The notes: generated from the sequence alone by a model not told the origin. Counted from the first letter of the stretch, positions 44,573 through 59,420 are shown. The stretch: 64,000 bases of DNA from Amphiscolops sp. MND2022 (GCA_964187785.1 OZ076409.1:36706001-36770000); one strand, 5' to 3'. Numbers and translations are program-made.

Positions 44573-47500
44573 CTAAAACACAAAACAAGATGACGTGAAC
44601 AAAGAAGAATTGATTTCTTGCTCAAAGATTTCTGTGGTCTTTTTCTTGTTTTGTTGTCGTTTTTCGGTTTTTTCCAACAGCTTCTGCTTGAACTTACTTG
44701 AATGCTATTGCTAAAAATTACTTTTCACCTGGCCTTTTAGTTGGCGTGGGTGGGGTTAGTCTGTGGGTGGTGACTGGGGCTGGGAAACAGGTGAATTCAG
44801 TGTTGGAGGGAAATTGTTTTGTGTTTGCAAAGGTGAAGATCATGGGATTGTTTTCAGGCACTATGCGATTTTTTGATAAAGTTCTGATGAAAATTTTTCA
44901 AGTTTTATCCTCTTTGGTTTTTGAATTGATGTTGCAAGTTAACAAGAATCAGGAATATCTCTCCTCTGGATTTTCCGGAATTGTACGAGATTTTCAAATT
45001 TTGAATTTAGCAAGGCGAAAGCGGTCACGGTTTGAGAACAGAGAGACCCCATTATGGTTTTTCAGCTCTGTGCGACTCACCGAAGATTTTTTTTGGCAAT
45101 TTATTTTCTATACATAGAGATTTTTCCACTGCGTCTCTACTTCATGTCTGACTCGAAGTTTGTTTTGAACCATTGCAAGCGATTTTCAAACCAAGCATCT
45201 TGAATCACCTTAAACGTTTGTCAAACAATCGTGAAGTTATCAAATTTGTCAAAAGAGCAAGCTAAATGCCTTTGAATGGCCACATGATTTGTAATGAAAA
45301 GCGCTTAGCGTTTATTCGCTACACAGAGTGGAGGAACTGATGCCATGGATTAAGATTCGGGACCAATCACCATAACGCCAGCCCATTTTGTCCTCCTGAG
45401 GATAGCCGGTCCCGAGGAGAGGGAACCGTCTCTAGGGACGCTCTCCGGCTTGTTCCAGTCTGTTACTGCTGAGAATAACGGGCATTATGCTTTTTCTCCT
45501 CATAACCACCGTCTAGACAGCCTTTAAAAACAATGTCAAGGAAAAAGAGTGTAAATTTCCAATTCCAGGGTGAAATTTCAGGGTGACATATGAATAAGGT
45601 CTAAAATGGGTACCAAGATCTAAACTGCGGAAACTAGCGCTCGAGCTAGCTAAAACCAGTGAAAAAACATCAAAATAGGCACGAATAATGCCAACCACAC
45701 AGCTACAAGCTGGGGCGCAGGAACTCCAAGCACCAAAAAAGGATAATTAAGCGAAAAGACGCATTTTTCCGGTTCTTGCTGCATTGGGTAGCTTAACTCT
45801 GAAAATCGGTAAAAACCGGAGTTAGCACCTCAAAAAGAGTCTATTTATGAGTTTTCTAAGCGCATGGGCTTCTACACTCCGTGTTCCCGTTCGGTCGTCT
45901 CCGCGGGCGGCTTGCTTTTTCTTCTGAACAGCTTTTTTGACAGGTACTTTGACCAAAACATGCTCAATTTGCCACGTCAAATTTCAACGAAATTTTGGTC
46001 GACTTTTTCTGAAAACTCGTTGTACCACAGGCTTCCGTTACAATTAGATGTCCCAAGAAAATGGAAACCAGTCCTAAAAGAATGTTATGTCTGTCATCAA
46101 GTACTGAAAACGACTAGGTGATCCGCGAAAAACTGTGCACGTAAAATTTTTGCATGTTGGCCTACTTAAACATTTATCAACAAGCTGTCAAAAGTTTAAT
46201 CCCTTTCAATATGTCATTCATCAATCATTCAGAACAACATCAGTTCCGAATTCAACATCAGACTGATTGGACTCGTAAAGTGAACGTAATAAAAAGCCAC
46301 AGAAACGCACTTTTTATATCACAAGCAGTTTTAAAACGTTTTTCTGGTTTAGTTCAGACTCAGGCGAATTTTGATGTTTCGTTTCACATTCTGTTTTGAT
46401 TTGAGCAAAAAATAATGTTCGTATCGTTTTTTGACGGTCGCTTAGTAGTAGGTGACATGCAGAAAAAACACAACTTTTTGCTGCAATCAAAGGTAAAAAG
46501 TAAGCAAAACATTGCAATCTGTTAGAAAAAGGGATGTAAGTCGAAATGGAATTGTCAGTCAATCCAAATATGCGTTTCCAAACGGTCTGTGATCAAATAC
46601 GATAATTCTGAATGACAATTTTGTATTCAAGTTCAAAGTACCTGCCAAATCTGTCTCAAGTAATCCGCGAAACCATGGTTCTTATGAATGGTTGACAAGT
46701 GTAAGAAAATCCAATCCGGGGTTTGGAGAGAGTTTTACCTCCAATTGGAAGCTTAACAGACAAAAAGGTTGTTTTAGTGAGTTAGCCAATTCTCTTGAAG
46801 TTACTGTCAATTTTCTCCCCAGACTTGCTCTATCGGCTCGCGTCTTCCAAAAACTTCGAGTAATGGAATAATAAAATTACTTCTTTATCGCAAAAATAAC
46901 ACTAAGTAACTCAAATCAGTCAAGCTAACTAATATTCATCAAGTACTATCTACAACTCTCAATAAAAGGATACGACAACAATGGAATCCGCGATTCAGCC
47001 AGGTACGTTAGGCACAATCCAATCTTGATGAACCTCAACTTCAACCGAATGACAAGTCCCAGACTTGTCAGCAAATCTATTGAACCTTAGGGCAACGTGA
47101 TCTTCTAGAAGTGTCTCTTGTGTCCGCGAGACTGAACCTTCTTCTAGTTCTCCAACTCGGTTGTCGAGAAGCGCGAGTGTTAATGCGACCAAGTATCTTG
47201 TCTCCGCGAGACTCAACCTGATCCCAGCTTTCTAACTCGGTTCTTTCTATTCCGGTATATTCCAATTTTGCCTCAATTATATTTGTTCATCGCTCGCATT
47301 TTTGTTCTTTCGATGTCGTCTTTTTATTTGCATACTTTTGACTTCACGTAGCTCCATTCCTTTTCTGGCATGGCAGCGCCCTAGTTTTATTTCGGCCAGA
47401 CATACTTCGCCGCCAACGACAAATATTTCAACAATGGTTGTACAAAAATCATATTTCAATAGTAATTCATTTCATCCAAGATATTTCTTATATCGAGACA

Positions 47501-48418
47501 ATCGTTCAATGACCTTCAATTTAATGGTTTACTTGTTCGCTGCGAGTAAGGGTACTTTTCTTTTATTATGAGCACGTTGCATCGCGAATCGTTCCGCATG
47601 ACTGAGTTGCATAAACTATCACGCAAAGACACTGATTTACATTTTTTATCGTAAGTTTTTTCATATGTTCAGGGGTTGCATCTAAAACGACCTTGAGGTC
47701 CATTGGTGACCTTGAAGTTATTTGTCCTCATCCAAAGTTGCTACATGCCAAGTTATATTGTCCTAGGGTCTATGGTTCCCGAGTTACATGCTTTGCGTAT
47801 CGTTTGTTTACCTAAGGTGGTTGCCCCCGGGTTACAAATACGTTTCCATTCTTGTTTGTAATCGACTACATTCGTTATTCCAGTTCGTTTGAGGAATTAC
47901 AAGCCAAGATCCATTGTCATTTATCGATCGGGTCCGCGCGTCCAGTCCCGCGTGCCTTAAACAAACATTATCCCGTTCTCGTGGTGGACCTATTGATGTA
48001 TCTTTCAGGTATATTACTTAGTGTTGCCAGGTGAACATCTTAGGCAAGATTCATGATCCTCGGGTCAACTGGTGGCTATCTACATAACTTACGTGGGTTC
48101 TTTACTCAGAGTCCGTGCTCCTCCTACGCGGGTCGTAGGTTTCCAAAAAATGCGCAACCGGCTTAATATACTATGGGCTATCAATTCCGTATAATATCTG
48201 ACTTATTCCGTGCTTCGCCGCAGAGTTCGTCGGGGGTCGACCTAGGTCACTTCCGGTGCTAATAGATAGGGACTGGGGGGAAATACGAGGCCGTCCGAGT
48301 CGAAAGTTGAGTTAACACCTCTAGTTTATGCATGCAAAATTTCGGCTCGGTGGGACTAGTCCTTTCCAAAAGGGGGGGGTGGTGTTGTTTTTGCTCAGGT
48401 CTCTTTTCCGCATAAAAT

Positions 48419-48772
48419 ACCAAGCCGGGAACGGCACAAGTCGGCGCCATATCTAAGGCCCAAAGATAACAAAAGGACTTCAAAGTGTCAAGTATTTTCT
48501 TCTACAGTACCCTCATGAGGAAAAAATTGAGAAAAAATCGATTTTTTCAAAGTTTTTTGGTCCCCGGGAAGTCGCATAGTGCCGCAAAATGTAAAAGGGG
48601 ACCTCAAAAAAGCCTAATTAACCTCTATCTCAAGTGCCAGCACGAATAGTGTGGCATTTAGTGTTAGTTCAAGTCATCTTATAAAGCTTATAAAATCTGT
48701 CACTTCGTTGGTCTTAAAAAAGAAAAGTCACTACTATAGTCTGCGTTTTTCTACGAAAACCGCCGACTGAAA
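48419..48772 (-). mobile_element. Helentron/HINE-like repeat copy (shorter)
   Basis: Runs caagccgggaacggcacaagtcggcgccatatctaagg ... cgccgactgaaa. Confidence 0.6.
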
Positions 48773-51700
48773 ACTTAGTAAAATTCGCTCTACGCGATCG
48801 ATTCTACCTTAGTCGGTTCAGTCAATCTCATTGTTGACTCAAATTCTACTGGGCTCAAACAATCAAATTTACTGTACTCTTTCTAAAAGTCCTATGCGAA
48901 TAGCATTAACGAAACACGTTAAATTCGCCTTTTCAGCTGTTTTTACTAACTTACGCATCTTGGAATGTCTGAAGATTTGTTCAATCTATAATCTGTGCTT
49001 CGCGCAAAATTAATGGGATTTTTCTAAAAGGCCAAAAATTCAACAATTCCACAACAAGCAAGGCAACGAAGTTCGGAAAACTTCTAACACCTTGTTGACA
49101 AATATTTACCATGTGAAACTAGTTCAATTTTATGTGTACCATTATTTGCAGATCACCTTTTAGTAATTGCCCTTAAGAAAGACTCCTAAGAAAAAAATGT
49201 ATCTTTCGAACCACGTGGAAGCAAAGAGTCGAACGGGAAGAGACAAAACGGTCTTTATCCTACTCCTCCCAAGTATTTTCCGTTTTAGTTCGTTCTACTG
49301 AGTTTTTGGTTTTATAAATCAAGTGGAATTTTCTTTTCTAACATTTCGGATTTTTTCGGACGAATTTGAGTTTTCTTTTGATTCTCATGTTTCATTTAAT
49401 CGTTCCAGGAATGAACACTGTGACTTCCCGTTGATTTAAAGACTCATACAACTCTTGAAAATGTATTGTAAGATGTTTCGCTTTTATTCGAACTTTTAAT
49501 TGGTACTGCCTTTTGAGTAATCATACTACGCATTTCATTTCATGATTCATTTCATCACGTGTCTCAGCTGCTAAATTACTGGCGCGATTAAATAGTGGGC
49601 TCAAATTTTTGTTTTCATTCGTTATTTTTTCTGGTGGTCCAGATGGTTAGGTCTCCAAAAATTACTGGCAGCCGTTCAGTCTGGTGTTCGAACCTTTGTT
49701 CAAGTAGCTGAGAATCAGCTTTCACAGCTGGACGTCATCTATGCAGGAGAGAGACTTTTCCTTAATATAGTATGTTGAAATTCTATCTTTAATAGTTTAA
49801 TAGTTCTCCAGTCGCTGTTTCTGTTAAGAAATATTTAGGTCACTACTCATTCTCTAGTCTCACAGCCCTCACACGCTAAAAAATTTGTTCTTCTCGACAG
49901 AATTTTCTTGACATCTGTTAGACATCTACAGTGTCAAATCTGCCAAATATGCCAATTTGAATGCCACACACGGAAGCATGCTGTTATGGTTACAGCATTC
50001 GACCTGTAATGGGGCGGTACCAGGTTCGAATTTCTAAACTCACCATTGCTGGACCTTACGCAAGTCCTTCATCCCTAGCTTCATGGTATTTTCATGACAA
50101 AAAACCGCATTTGGCGCAGGAGTGCCATTTGAAAAAAGATCTACAATGAACAGTTAAGCCTTTGTGAACATTGCGTGTCACTCTGAAATCACAGCTGCAA
50201 ACTGTTTCTTGCTTGACCATTTGGTTGCAAATATGATACCATACGTTGCTATTGGGGAAAGTTTCCTAAACGCCTGCCAATTTAAAAAACAGGGCTGCTT
50301 ATTCGGAGTTCTCCTCGCTAAAATGAAGAAGTAAGTTTTCTTCTTCTTCTTAAAACCATGTTATTTTTAGCCAACGTTTTGTTGTTTCAATGTCTTTGAT
50401 TTAACTTGTTCAAAAGCTGGTTGTATGGCTCGGAGTGTGTCAATTGGGAACGCTTCCCCGCAATCCGGATAGGTTTTTGCGGTTCCTGAGTTTTACACAG
50501 GTCACTAATCAATCTGTTTCGAACTGATTCAAAATCTAGATTTAGTTTAGGTGGACACCTTACGAAAAGAATCATCCTAAACGGATATAGAGGACTCTTC
50601 TATAGAGAAGTGGGTGAATAACAAACGGTTCTACTCACTAAGGATTGTTTTCCAGTGGTTTTTAAAAAGTCGTTTTGCAACTAATTCACAATGGATTAAA
50701 ATACATTCGTCACGTTATTTGACCTTTCGTTGTTTTCATTTCATATAAAAAACTTACCAATATAAATGATGAAATCTGTTCAAATAGTGGGAATAAGTTC
50801 ATTTCAGTTTGGTTGATTTGGGAATCACACGCTGGTAAAAACTATTGAACGAGATAACGATAATATGAAATTCAATGAAACATGGAGGATCACATTAACG
50901 TGAATTCGCATTAAAATGGACATCAAAAAAGGTCGAACTCCATCAGTTAGAACCAATAAACTGCTGGATAAATATCCGGGAGCGGAAGTTCAGTGGATGG
51001 ACAATATTAACTCAGTATCGGACTACGGAAACGGGTAAAATAACAACATCCATTATGTGGTATTTTCAAATGATCAAAATTTTCCGAGAGAATTTATTTG
51101 ATTCATCAACTCAAGCAATCAAGTAGCTTGCACGCATAGGCTTAGTAGGCGAAAGTAGGCTTAGAGAGTTTGGAACCACCGGTAGATAAAATAGAATCCA
51201 GGACGAACAAGTTTCAAAAGATTTGCTTTCAGCGAATAAAAGACCCCGAGAAAAAAAGAGGCATAAAAACTGATGTTCGCTCTAATTGAATTTTCTTTGA
51301 TAGAAGAAGAGTTAAACGCAAGGGTAATACGGGCGGGATTAAAAGATCAAAACTAAATTGGCAACAATAACCTGTTATGTTTTTTCACCTACAACTCTTG
51401 TAAAAAGCGAGGCAATTCATAAAATTTTGAATATTTTGCTAATTCCAAGAGATAAGAGAGGCTTACTAAAACAGGCCCAGTATTTATCTATATACCCAAA
51501 GCAGAACGACTGCTTTTGAAGCAATTTTCTTCTTTGGCTCTTCTGCTTCTGTCGTCAAGTGAAGGGCTCCAGAAGAGGGGGGGATGAAACAATTAAAATA
51601 TGCGGGTATGATGTCCCGATGTCCCTGACAGGTAAGCTTTCTTGGGATGATGGATGAGGGGGATATTGAAAGCAGGCAAAAGAATAGCATCTGTTGCTGA

Positions 51701-52386
51701 TGTAAATTGACGCTCATTCAACCAATGCTAACATGGGTAGCCACTTAGACTATGCTTTTTCGGCTATTTCATTTGAGACAAGGCACAGAGTAAAAAATGG
51801 CGAATCTTACACGTGGAATGTTGTTAGACACAAACGCATTTTTGAGCCAGCAATTGCGATGAGTCATGAATCAATAGATTCCTCGAGAACATGCATGTTT
51901 TTTTTTCAAATAAGATAAAAGTTAAAATCTGGGGAATATTTCAGTAATTGCAATTCGTATTTTGCCACCTGCTCAATTTCTTCATTATCTCCATTCAAAG
52001 AACGTTCGAGTGTAACAAATTTTGTGATTTCCTTAAGGAATTCCGAAAAGATAATGATTTTCGAATGATGAACCGCATTTAGTTTTACAAAATGTATATT
52101 AATATTCATAAGAGGCAGTTATAAAAATAGAAAATTATGAGAATCCTTATAGTTTTCAAAAGTTTTTTTTTAAAAACATTTATGATGTTCCTTCCAAGCT
52201 ATTCAAATTTGTTAGTAATCCCAGAAAAAATGACTAGAGAAATTTGTCAAACAAGTTTTTCATAACTCACGCTGTTTTATAAACTGCCTCTCATGTCTAA
52301 GATTTTTCAAGAAAACGAGGTCGCATTACAGTGCAATTTACTGTGCGAAGTAATTTTAGTGACGTCACATTCACGTGTGTGTTTAG

Positions 52387-52503
52387 GCTGACAAAGACGT
52401 GAACCAGTTCCTGGCAGAGGAAGATATCACATTCGAGCAGTATTGTGCCCAAGTGATGAAGTATCTGCAGCTGAAACAAGACATCGAGTACGGACTCAGA
52501 AAG
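52387..52503 (+). CDS. DNAH7: DNAH7-like exon
   Basis: tttag|GCT. ADKDVNQFLAEE...IEYGLRK continues directly from the exon ending at 6230. Confidence 0.8.
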
Positions 52504-53096
52504 GTCACTGTTTATAATCATAACTTTCTTTCATTCTTGTTTCAATCAAATGGCTCCTAATTCAAACACTTCTCTTTGCAGACAATAAGCGTGAGTATCA
52601 TCATCATCTAGCACATAAAAATCATCATCTCTCATATCTTGGGGTCATCGTTATTGATTGAAAGACTGACAGCGATTTTCGTGAAAAGAAAAGGAAATAA
52701 TGAGAACGTTATTCTCTAAGGGAAGTCAAGAAGAACTGCCATAGCCATTTCGAAGACAATCAGCTGAAAATGTAAAACCGTTCGAACTGATAAAAAAGAC
52801 AGAAAAGGGTTGAGCTTAGACTCGCATGATGTCGAGCAAGTTTTTGTAGTATTTGCTTTCAAAAATTGGCAGTTTCCACCCAGTGGAACCATTTTTTGGA
52901 TTTGTTCCCAGTACGTACCATCTTGGTTTGATTACGAGATCGATAGCCGGACTTTTTGGGCCATATAAATCCATACACTCTTCCGGTTGTGGAAAGATAA
53001 AAGCGTTCAACATAGGGTTCTCTTCACTTTAGGTCAGCACTCAAAAAATAATCGCTAAATAGACGTAAATTCATGATTCATCTTCTTTTATTTAAG

Positions 53097-53224
53097 GTCA
53101 CTCGACTGGGCATGTTCGAACTGCACTGTGACGATTTGATCTTCGCCATGGCCAAAAGGGCTGACTACTTGGCTAACAAATTGGTCCAGAAGATATCCAA
53201 AGACCACATCGAAGCCAACAAGCT
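53097..53224 (+). CDS. DNAH7: DNAH7-like exon
   Basis: Encodes RLGMFELHCDDLI.AMAKRAD; gtaaga donor, phase 2. Confidence 0.85.
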
Positions 53225-53957
53225 GTAAGATTCATAGCAATGTATCACATTTGTCAAATGCACATGAAAACAATCTAAATATGCCACCCTTGTGAAATAA
53301 AATTCAGTTTTTCCTAAAACACGATGCTTAAATAGAATGAGAATGAAAACACTGCGAGTGGTTTCGATATAATGGAGAATTTTGACTCGAGGCTTAGCAT
53401 GTCAGCATAGAAGGTGTCTCCCAGTCAAGGATCAAAAGAAGACGCCCGCCCATTGAGCATCATGATATTTTCGGCCTCGAATTGCTGTAGTGACGAGCCG
53501 TAATCATATTCTTAAGGGCCGAGCGTAGCCAATAAACAACAACCCTTGCAAAAAAGTCAAAAAATTTGCAAATTATGACAGTCTTGGTTCTTTTGGAGTC
53601 AATTTTAATGTTCCGTTCTTAGTAGTTAAATGAAAGAAAAACGTATAGAACTTTAATATAAAGATGTTTGTCTTTTCCAAACCCAAAAAGTGACAACTAT
53701 TGCGTTTTTCAACAGTTTGCATGCAAGGAAAATTTTCCAACGGAAAAATTCCAGTCTTACAAATTTGTTTGCCCTACTGGTACTATTTCTTTACGTCACG
53801 TTGTAGTGACTGTCCTTACAAAATTTGAGACTTTGCGTGCGGAAACTTCCAAAATTTTGTGGAGACTTTGTCTTTAATTTCCTTGATGTTGTTCTGAAAA
53901 CCCGGCAAAATTAAGTAGGAATCCGTACAAAACACTCGGGATTTGTTATCGCAACGA

Positions 53958-54592
53958 GGCAAATGTCAAAACAATTTCATCATAATTCAAACAAATTTTT
54001 CTTGAAAAAAACCGGCGATCAATTTCAATTGAGCTCCAGTCGAACGAAAGGTTATTGAACGAGACGCATGCTGACCAGTAGGATACTTTCTGTCCAAACT
54101 GTTCTAGCAATGACATTATTTTGATGCTGAAGAGTCGCCAATGCCCTATAAAAACGCATAGGAGTTTGGTGAAAGAAAGTTTTGACACTTTATGATTAAT
54201 AAAATCCCATTTCAGAAGGAAACATTACAGAAAAAGACTAAACAGCCATTTATTTTTTTGTCGGCAAAACGACTAATATCATGGGGCAAATGTCAAAACA
54301 ATTTCATCATGTTTCAAACAAACTTTTCTTGAAAAAAACCGGCGATCAATTTGAAATGAGCTCCAGTCGAACGAAAGGTTATTGAACGCGACGCCTGCTG
54401 ACCAGTAGGATACTTTCTGTCCAAACTGTTCTAGCAATGACATTATTTCGATGCTAAAGAGTCGCCAATGCCCTATAAAAACGCATAGGAGTTTGGTGAA
54501 AGAAAGTTTTGACACTTTATGGTTTATAAAGTCCCTTTTCAGAAAGAAACACTTCAGAAAAACACTAATGAGCCATTTATTTTTTTGTCGGC
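53958..54592. repeat. Tandem duplication, 327-bp period, two copies
   Basis: ggcaaatgtcaaaacaatttcatc... occurs at 53958 and 54285 with high identity. Confidence 0.9.
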
Positions 54593-56816
54593 CTGTGTGG
54601 ATATCTATACCTAGACCAACCAAAACCATTTTTCGAAAACGTAAAACCATTCAACGGTCATTTGAGGCAATTGTCTAAGAAACAGCAATTGAATTACGAA
54701 ATTGCTCAGAAAACTTACAAAAAAGTAGATGAATTTTCACAAAAAAAAGTTTTGGATTTTTTGAGTATTTTAAATCGTTCTGACAAACGTTTTACATTCA
54801 AAATTGAAATTGTAAAGAATTAAAATGCCCAAAGTATTCGAATTTTACGAAGTGTCGGTTACGTTTATCAAAATTCACTGAATTGTCATAAAACTGCCGA
54901 ATTTGATTTTTTTTCGACTCTTTTTGGGTCAATCTGAATCTCTTTTCTAACGTGAAACTGCAATTGACCTTGAAAATGTCTACTGTATAAAACATTTGTT
55001 CACGATCGAACGTTTTCATTTTTCCAACGATGGGAAATTTCTATAAAATTTCAGAAACTTTGCATCAGAAACATAAATAGTTTGTTCGTTTTTGACAGTT
55101 TTGAACGCTGTTAGCCGCAAAATCTTTCGAACATTGTATTTAACTTGCATGAAAGACTTCAAACTGGGATTTCAATCTTTTGGGGGTGAAATTGAGGCAA
55201 ACTTCTTTTAAAACTTCATTTATTTTTTCGAAAAGACAACTGGATAGTATATTCAATTGTTTATCACGTTTCAAAGGTGTAAAATACAATTTCGTTCGAT
55301 TTTTTGAAAATCAAGTGCGTTGAAAAAGTCAAAAATTGTGGAAGTTTTGGACTTTCTCATAATTTGGATTTTTTTGCCATTTACTAACTTGAAACTGCAA
55401 TTGACTTTCAAAAATTCACTCTATGTTGCGTTTGTTTGCTGTTGAAAGTTTTCAGTCTTGAAACAAACTAATTTTACAGAATTCTCTCTTCACATCGATT
55501 TTCGGAAAAGTCTTGGACTTTCGACTGATTGGGTTTTTCTGAAATAATGTTCTACCTGGAAAAGCACAACGTTTTCCTCCAAAAGGTGTACTGCATAGCC
55601 TAATAGAATATCTGGAGTTTTAGGACCGTCTAACCTGCGATATGTTTTACGAAAAATCGCTAGAAGTTACTTGTGAAGTTTTGATTATTTTGACTTTTTT
55701 CGGGTCTTATTGTGACTTTTTCCAAACACTAATCAGCAAATACCTCCCACTAGTACTAACTGAACCCTAATTGCAATCGTCGTGAAACCATTCCATTGTT
55801 CTAACCTTCGGAACGTTACGAAACTTTTACAGACTCTGCAAAAAGTTTTTAGAATCTCAAATTTTCTCTTTCGTGACTCATTGAAAACCGGGTCGTTTTG
55901 ATGAAAACGGTTTGTTTCCGATATAAAATCTTGTAACTGGATATTTTTACAATTTCTGTCTAAACTTGAGGCCTTTTTCCTACAAACACTACAATAATTT
56001 TTCGGAAGCCACTTGGTTAACGAATTCTCTCCTTGTTCAACGTTTTTTAGCATTTTAAGTCAACAAGTCAATCAAAATTTTGACCAAAATTGCAAAAAAA
56101 ACTTTAATCCTTGGATTTTTTATCAGGTCCGTTCACAAAGTGAGGCATGTTTTAAATAGAAATTTGCATTTATTTTTTCAAAAAAGCTTCTTTGGCTGCG
56201 AATGTTTTCATATTTCTAAGCCTTGAAATCTATCAAAACTTTGACAAAAATTGCGCAAAAACGTTAAAATCAGAAAATTTTGCAGTTTTTGTTCTGTTGA
56301 GGTCTTTTTTAGGTCATTCTGGTGTCTTTGGAGTCAACCAAAAAAGTCCAAAATCTCTACACATACTTATCTCGTGATATTAATTTTACGTCAGTTGAAT
56401 TATATGATAAGAAACTCGTTAACTTGGATATAAATTTGGAAAAAATTTGTAAAAAAACGTTGATTTGAATATTTCCCTTTCACATATGAAATATTGACGG
56501 ACAATTATCAATAGTTGAAGAAATAGCATTAAAGCAGGGAAACATTCAGCAGTAATGATTCCTTATGAAACTCCCAAAATCATGCTAAAATTGCTTGGCA
56601 GCTTATAAAATCATGTTTCAACTAGGGAAGTCTGTCTTTCTTCTTTGATCTACTCCAGTAAAGAAAACTTTAAAGTATCTTTCTCCAGATAGTTTGGTTT
56701 TAGGTTGATCTCTACCATTTTTTTCAAAAAACAAAAGTTGCCGCTGAATTCAGCTAAAGGGTTGATGAATTCTGTTGAAAATGAACATGTAACTAACTAC
56801 ATTTTGTAACCTGTAG

Positions 56817-57006
56817 GTTGTGCGAAGAATTCGAGATGATCGCCGAGAAAGCGTTGACGACTCCTGCCAACACTGCTGAGCTGATGGAGCTGAAGGAGTA
56901 CATAGAGAAGGTGGAGGAGAAGACTATCTACGAGCTGGAGAACAAACTCGTCCAGGCCAAGAACCGTCTCGAGTTCCTGGTCGAGTACGCAGTTTCCACC
57001 CCTCAG
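56817..57006 (+). CDS. DNAH7: DNAH7-like exon
   Basis: Encodes LCEEFEMIAEKALTTPANTAELMELKEYI. Confidence 0.9.
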
Positions 57007-59172
57007 GTTTGTGGTTGAATGGGGGATACTTTCTGAACTGATGAATCAATCTCCTAATAACTGTTGTGCTTGTACAGAAAAAGAGCAGAGTAAACCTCTG
57101 AGTTAAATTAAACCTCTGAGCAGAGTTAAGTTGACACGGTGCTTTCGTTGCATCGAATTTTTTAAATACATTTTTCTGCTATAAAAACTCTGGGTTCTCA
57201 TGTTGAATAGAAGCGAAATTACGGGTTAATTTCGGAGTCATTCAAAAGAGGGAAGCGAAATTTCGGAGTAATTCACAAGACTAAATTTTTCGAATCACCA
57301 GTTCTTATTTCTGTGAAATTTTAACGCTATGAACTTATTCCCGTCAAATCAACAGCCCGAGTCGCAAGGGATTTTGTTACTTTCCTCGAAATAAAACCAA
57401 AATTTGAAAAAAAGTATTTTTTTCACATTTTAAATGTGAAAGGAAAATAGTTAAGTCAGCCGCGTTTTTTTCCAAAATTTGCCATGTTGCAAATTCATAT
57501 TCAAGTGTAAGGGTTTCACCCTAAGAATTCAACTGATGTAAAGTTAAGTTCAGAGGACATGTATTTGTAGAGATTTTTGAAACTTTTTTGGTTGACCACA
57601 ACGACCCCAGAATGAGACAAAATGAACCAAAAAAGTACTAAAACTGCAAAAATTTGCGATTTAGAAGCTTTTTATGCACTTTTTGTCAAGTTTTCGATAG
57701 ACTTGGTGAGAAAGTCAAAAACGTTCAATAGGGAAAAATTCGTTGTCCAGGAGGCTTTTCGGAAGAAATAAATGCAGTTTTCTAATGGACAGATGCCTGC
57801 AATTGCAACCGAGTTGATAAATGCGACTGAAATTGACAATTTCTTAAATTTGTGTACGATTTCCGAGGGTTTCCATTGGTGAGAGGGATCCAAACGTTGA
57901 AAGACGAATAAAATAGTAATACAAAGACTTTTCAATGATGAAGTTGCAGTGTCTTGGTTCAGAAACTCTTCAGAATGACTCTAAATGAGACAAAAAATGT
58001 TTAATTTTTCTAAAAGTTTTGTGAAGTTTATCAAACGTTTCGTAGATAGAATGTTGAAAACGGTCACAAACGATTAAAATTGACCCACGTAGTCTTTTTC
58101 AAGAGACATCTTCATACTTATGTCAGAAATTCGGTCAAATTGACCCCAATTTGATGGAAAACATGAAACTTGACACTTTTATAGACGTTTTGAGTAAAGT
58201 AGAAGGATGATTAGAGCCCAAATAAAATTCTAGCCGAGCAATAGCCCTTTTATAGTAAAACTGGTAGTATTCCAGGAAAAAACAAACCACAGATTGACGA
58301 AAACAGTCGAAAATACAAAATTTTCAAACTTCGACGTTTTTTAATTGAGGTTTTGTGTATTAGAACAAAAAGCATTCAACAATGACGAAACGCTGTATCG
58401 AGTGGACTCTTTGGGGAAATGCAGGTTCTTGAACCAAAAGTGTCTCAAACTGACCCAAATTTGTCACAAGTTTCAAAACTTGCTGATTACTAAAAATTTC
58501 AGTTGGTGAGTTTCTAGCTTCGAAAAAATTCTGACGATACCAGTAAGTTCGCAGCATCCTCTAAAAAAAGAATTCTGCGGATGTTATGGAAAAAACCTAC
58601 ATGACAAAAAATCTTCAAAAAAACTATCACGTTTTTGACGTTTTTTTGCAGGTTTTTTGGAAAATTTTTGTGCGAACTCTTAGAATAAAAGTTTAGAAAC
58701 TCAACAACGAGTATGTCTAGTATCCAGTACTGTCTCTTCATGTAGAAAGACATTTTTTGTTAGAATTGGCCTCAGAACACACCAAAAACCGAAAAGTGTC
58801 AAAAAACTTCGTTTTCCAAGAACTTGGTGCCAGTTTTTGTTCAGTTCACCAAATGTTTTGAAGAACAGAACTTCCGTTGACCTGAACATTGAAGCAATAG
58901 AATTTTCAAACGATACAAACGAAAATGCGAGAAAGTTATCTGAATTTGAGAACAAAACAATCCAAAATTCTGAAGGTTTCTGTTTATCGACCACATACTC
59001 CCAATTTAGTTCTTTTACCGAACGTTTTCTAAATTAGAGAATACATAGACTCAGGGTCAGTTCATGTAAATACCAGCATGGGTTTCGAAAAAAATTTGCA
59101 CTACTGCAAAAAATTAAATCCGAAAAAATCAAAAACTTCTTCGAAAACGTAAATTTCTTTTTTGATTTCGAT

Positions 59173-59372
59173 NNNNNNNNNNNNNNNNNNNNNNNNNNNN
59201 NNNNNNNNNNNNNNNNNNNNNNNNNNNNNNNNNNNNNNNNNNNNNNNNNNNNNNNNNNNNNNNNNNNNNNNNNNNNNNNNNNNNNNNNNNNNNNNNNNNN
59301 NNNNNNNNNNNNNNNNNNNNNNNNNNNNNNNNNNNNNNNNNNNNNNNNNNNNNNNNNNNNNNNNNNNNNNNN
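59173..59372. other. Assembly gap (200 N)
   Basis: Run of N. Confidence 1.
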
Positions 59373-59420
59373 GCTAAACTTATCATTATCAACTTCAAAT
59401 TTCTTCTTTTTTTTCAACAG

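Noticed and set aside
46800..48260. Possible LTR or retroelement remnant
   Set aside because: Composition is suggestive, but I could not define termini, a TSD or coding motifs.
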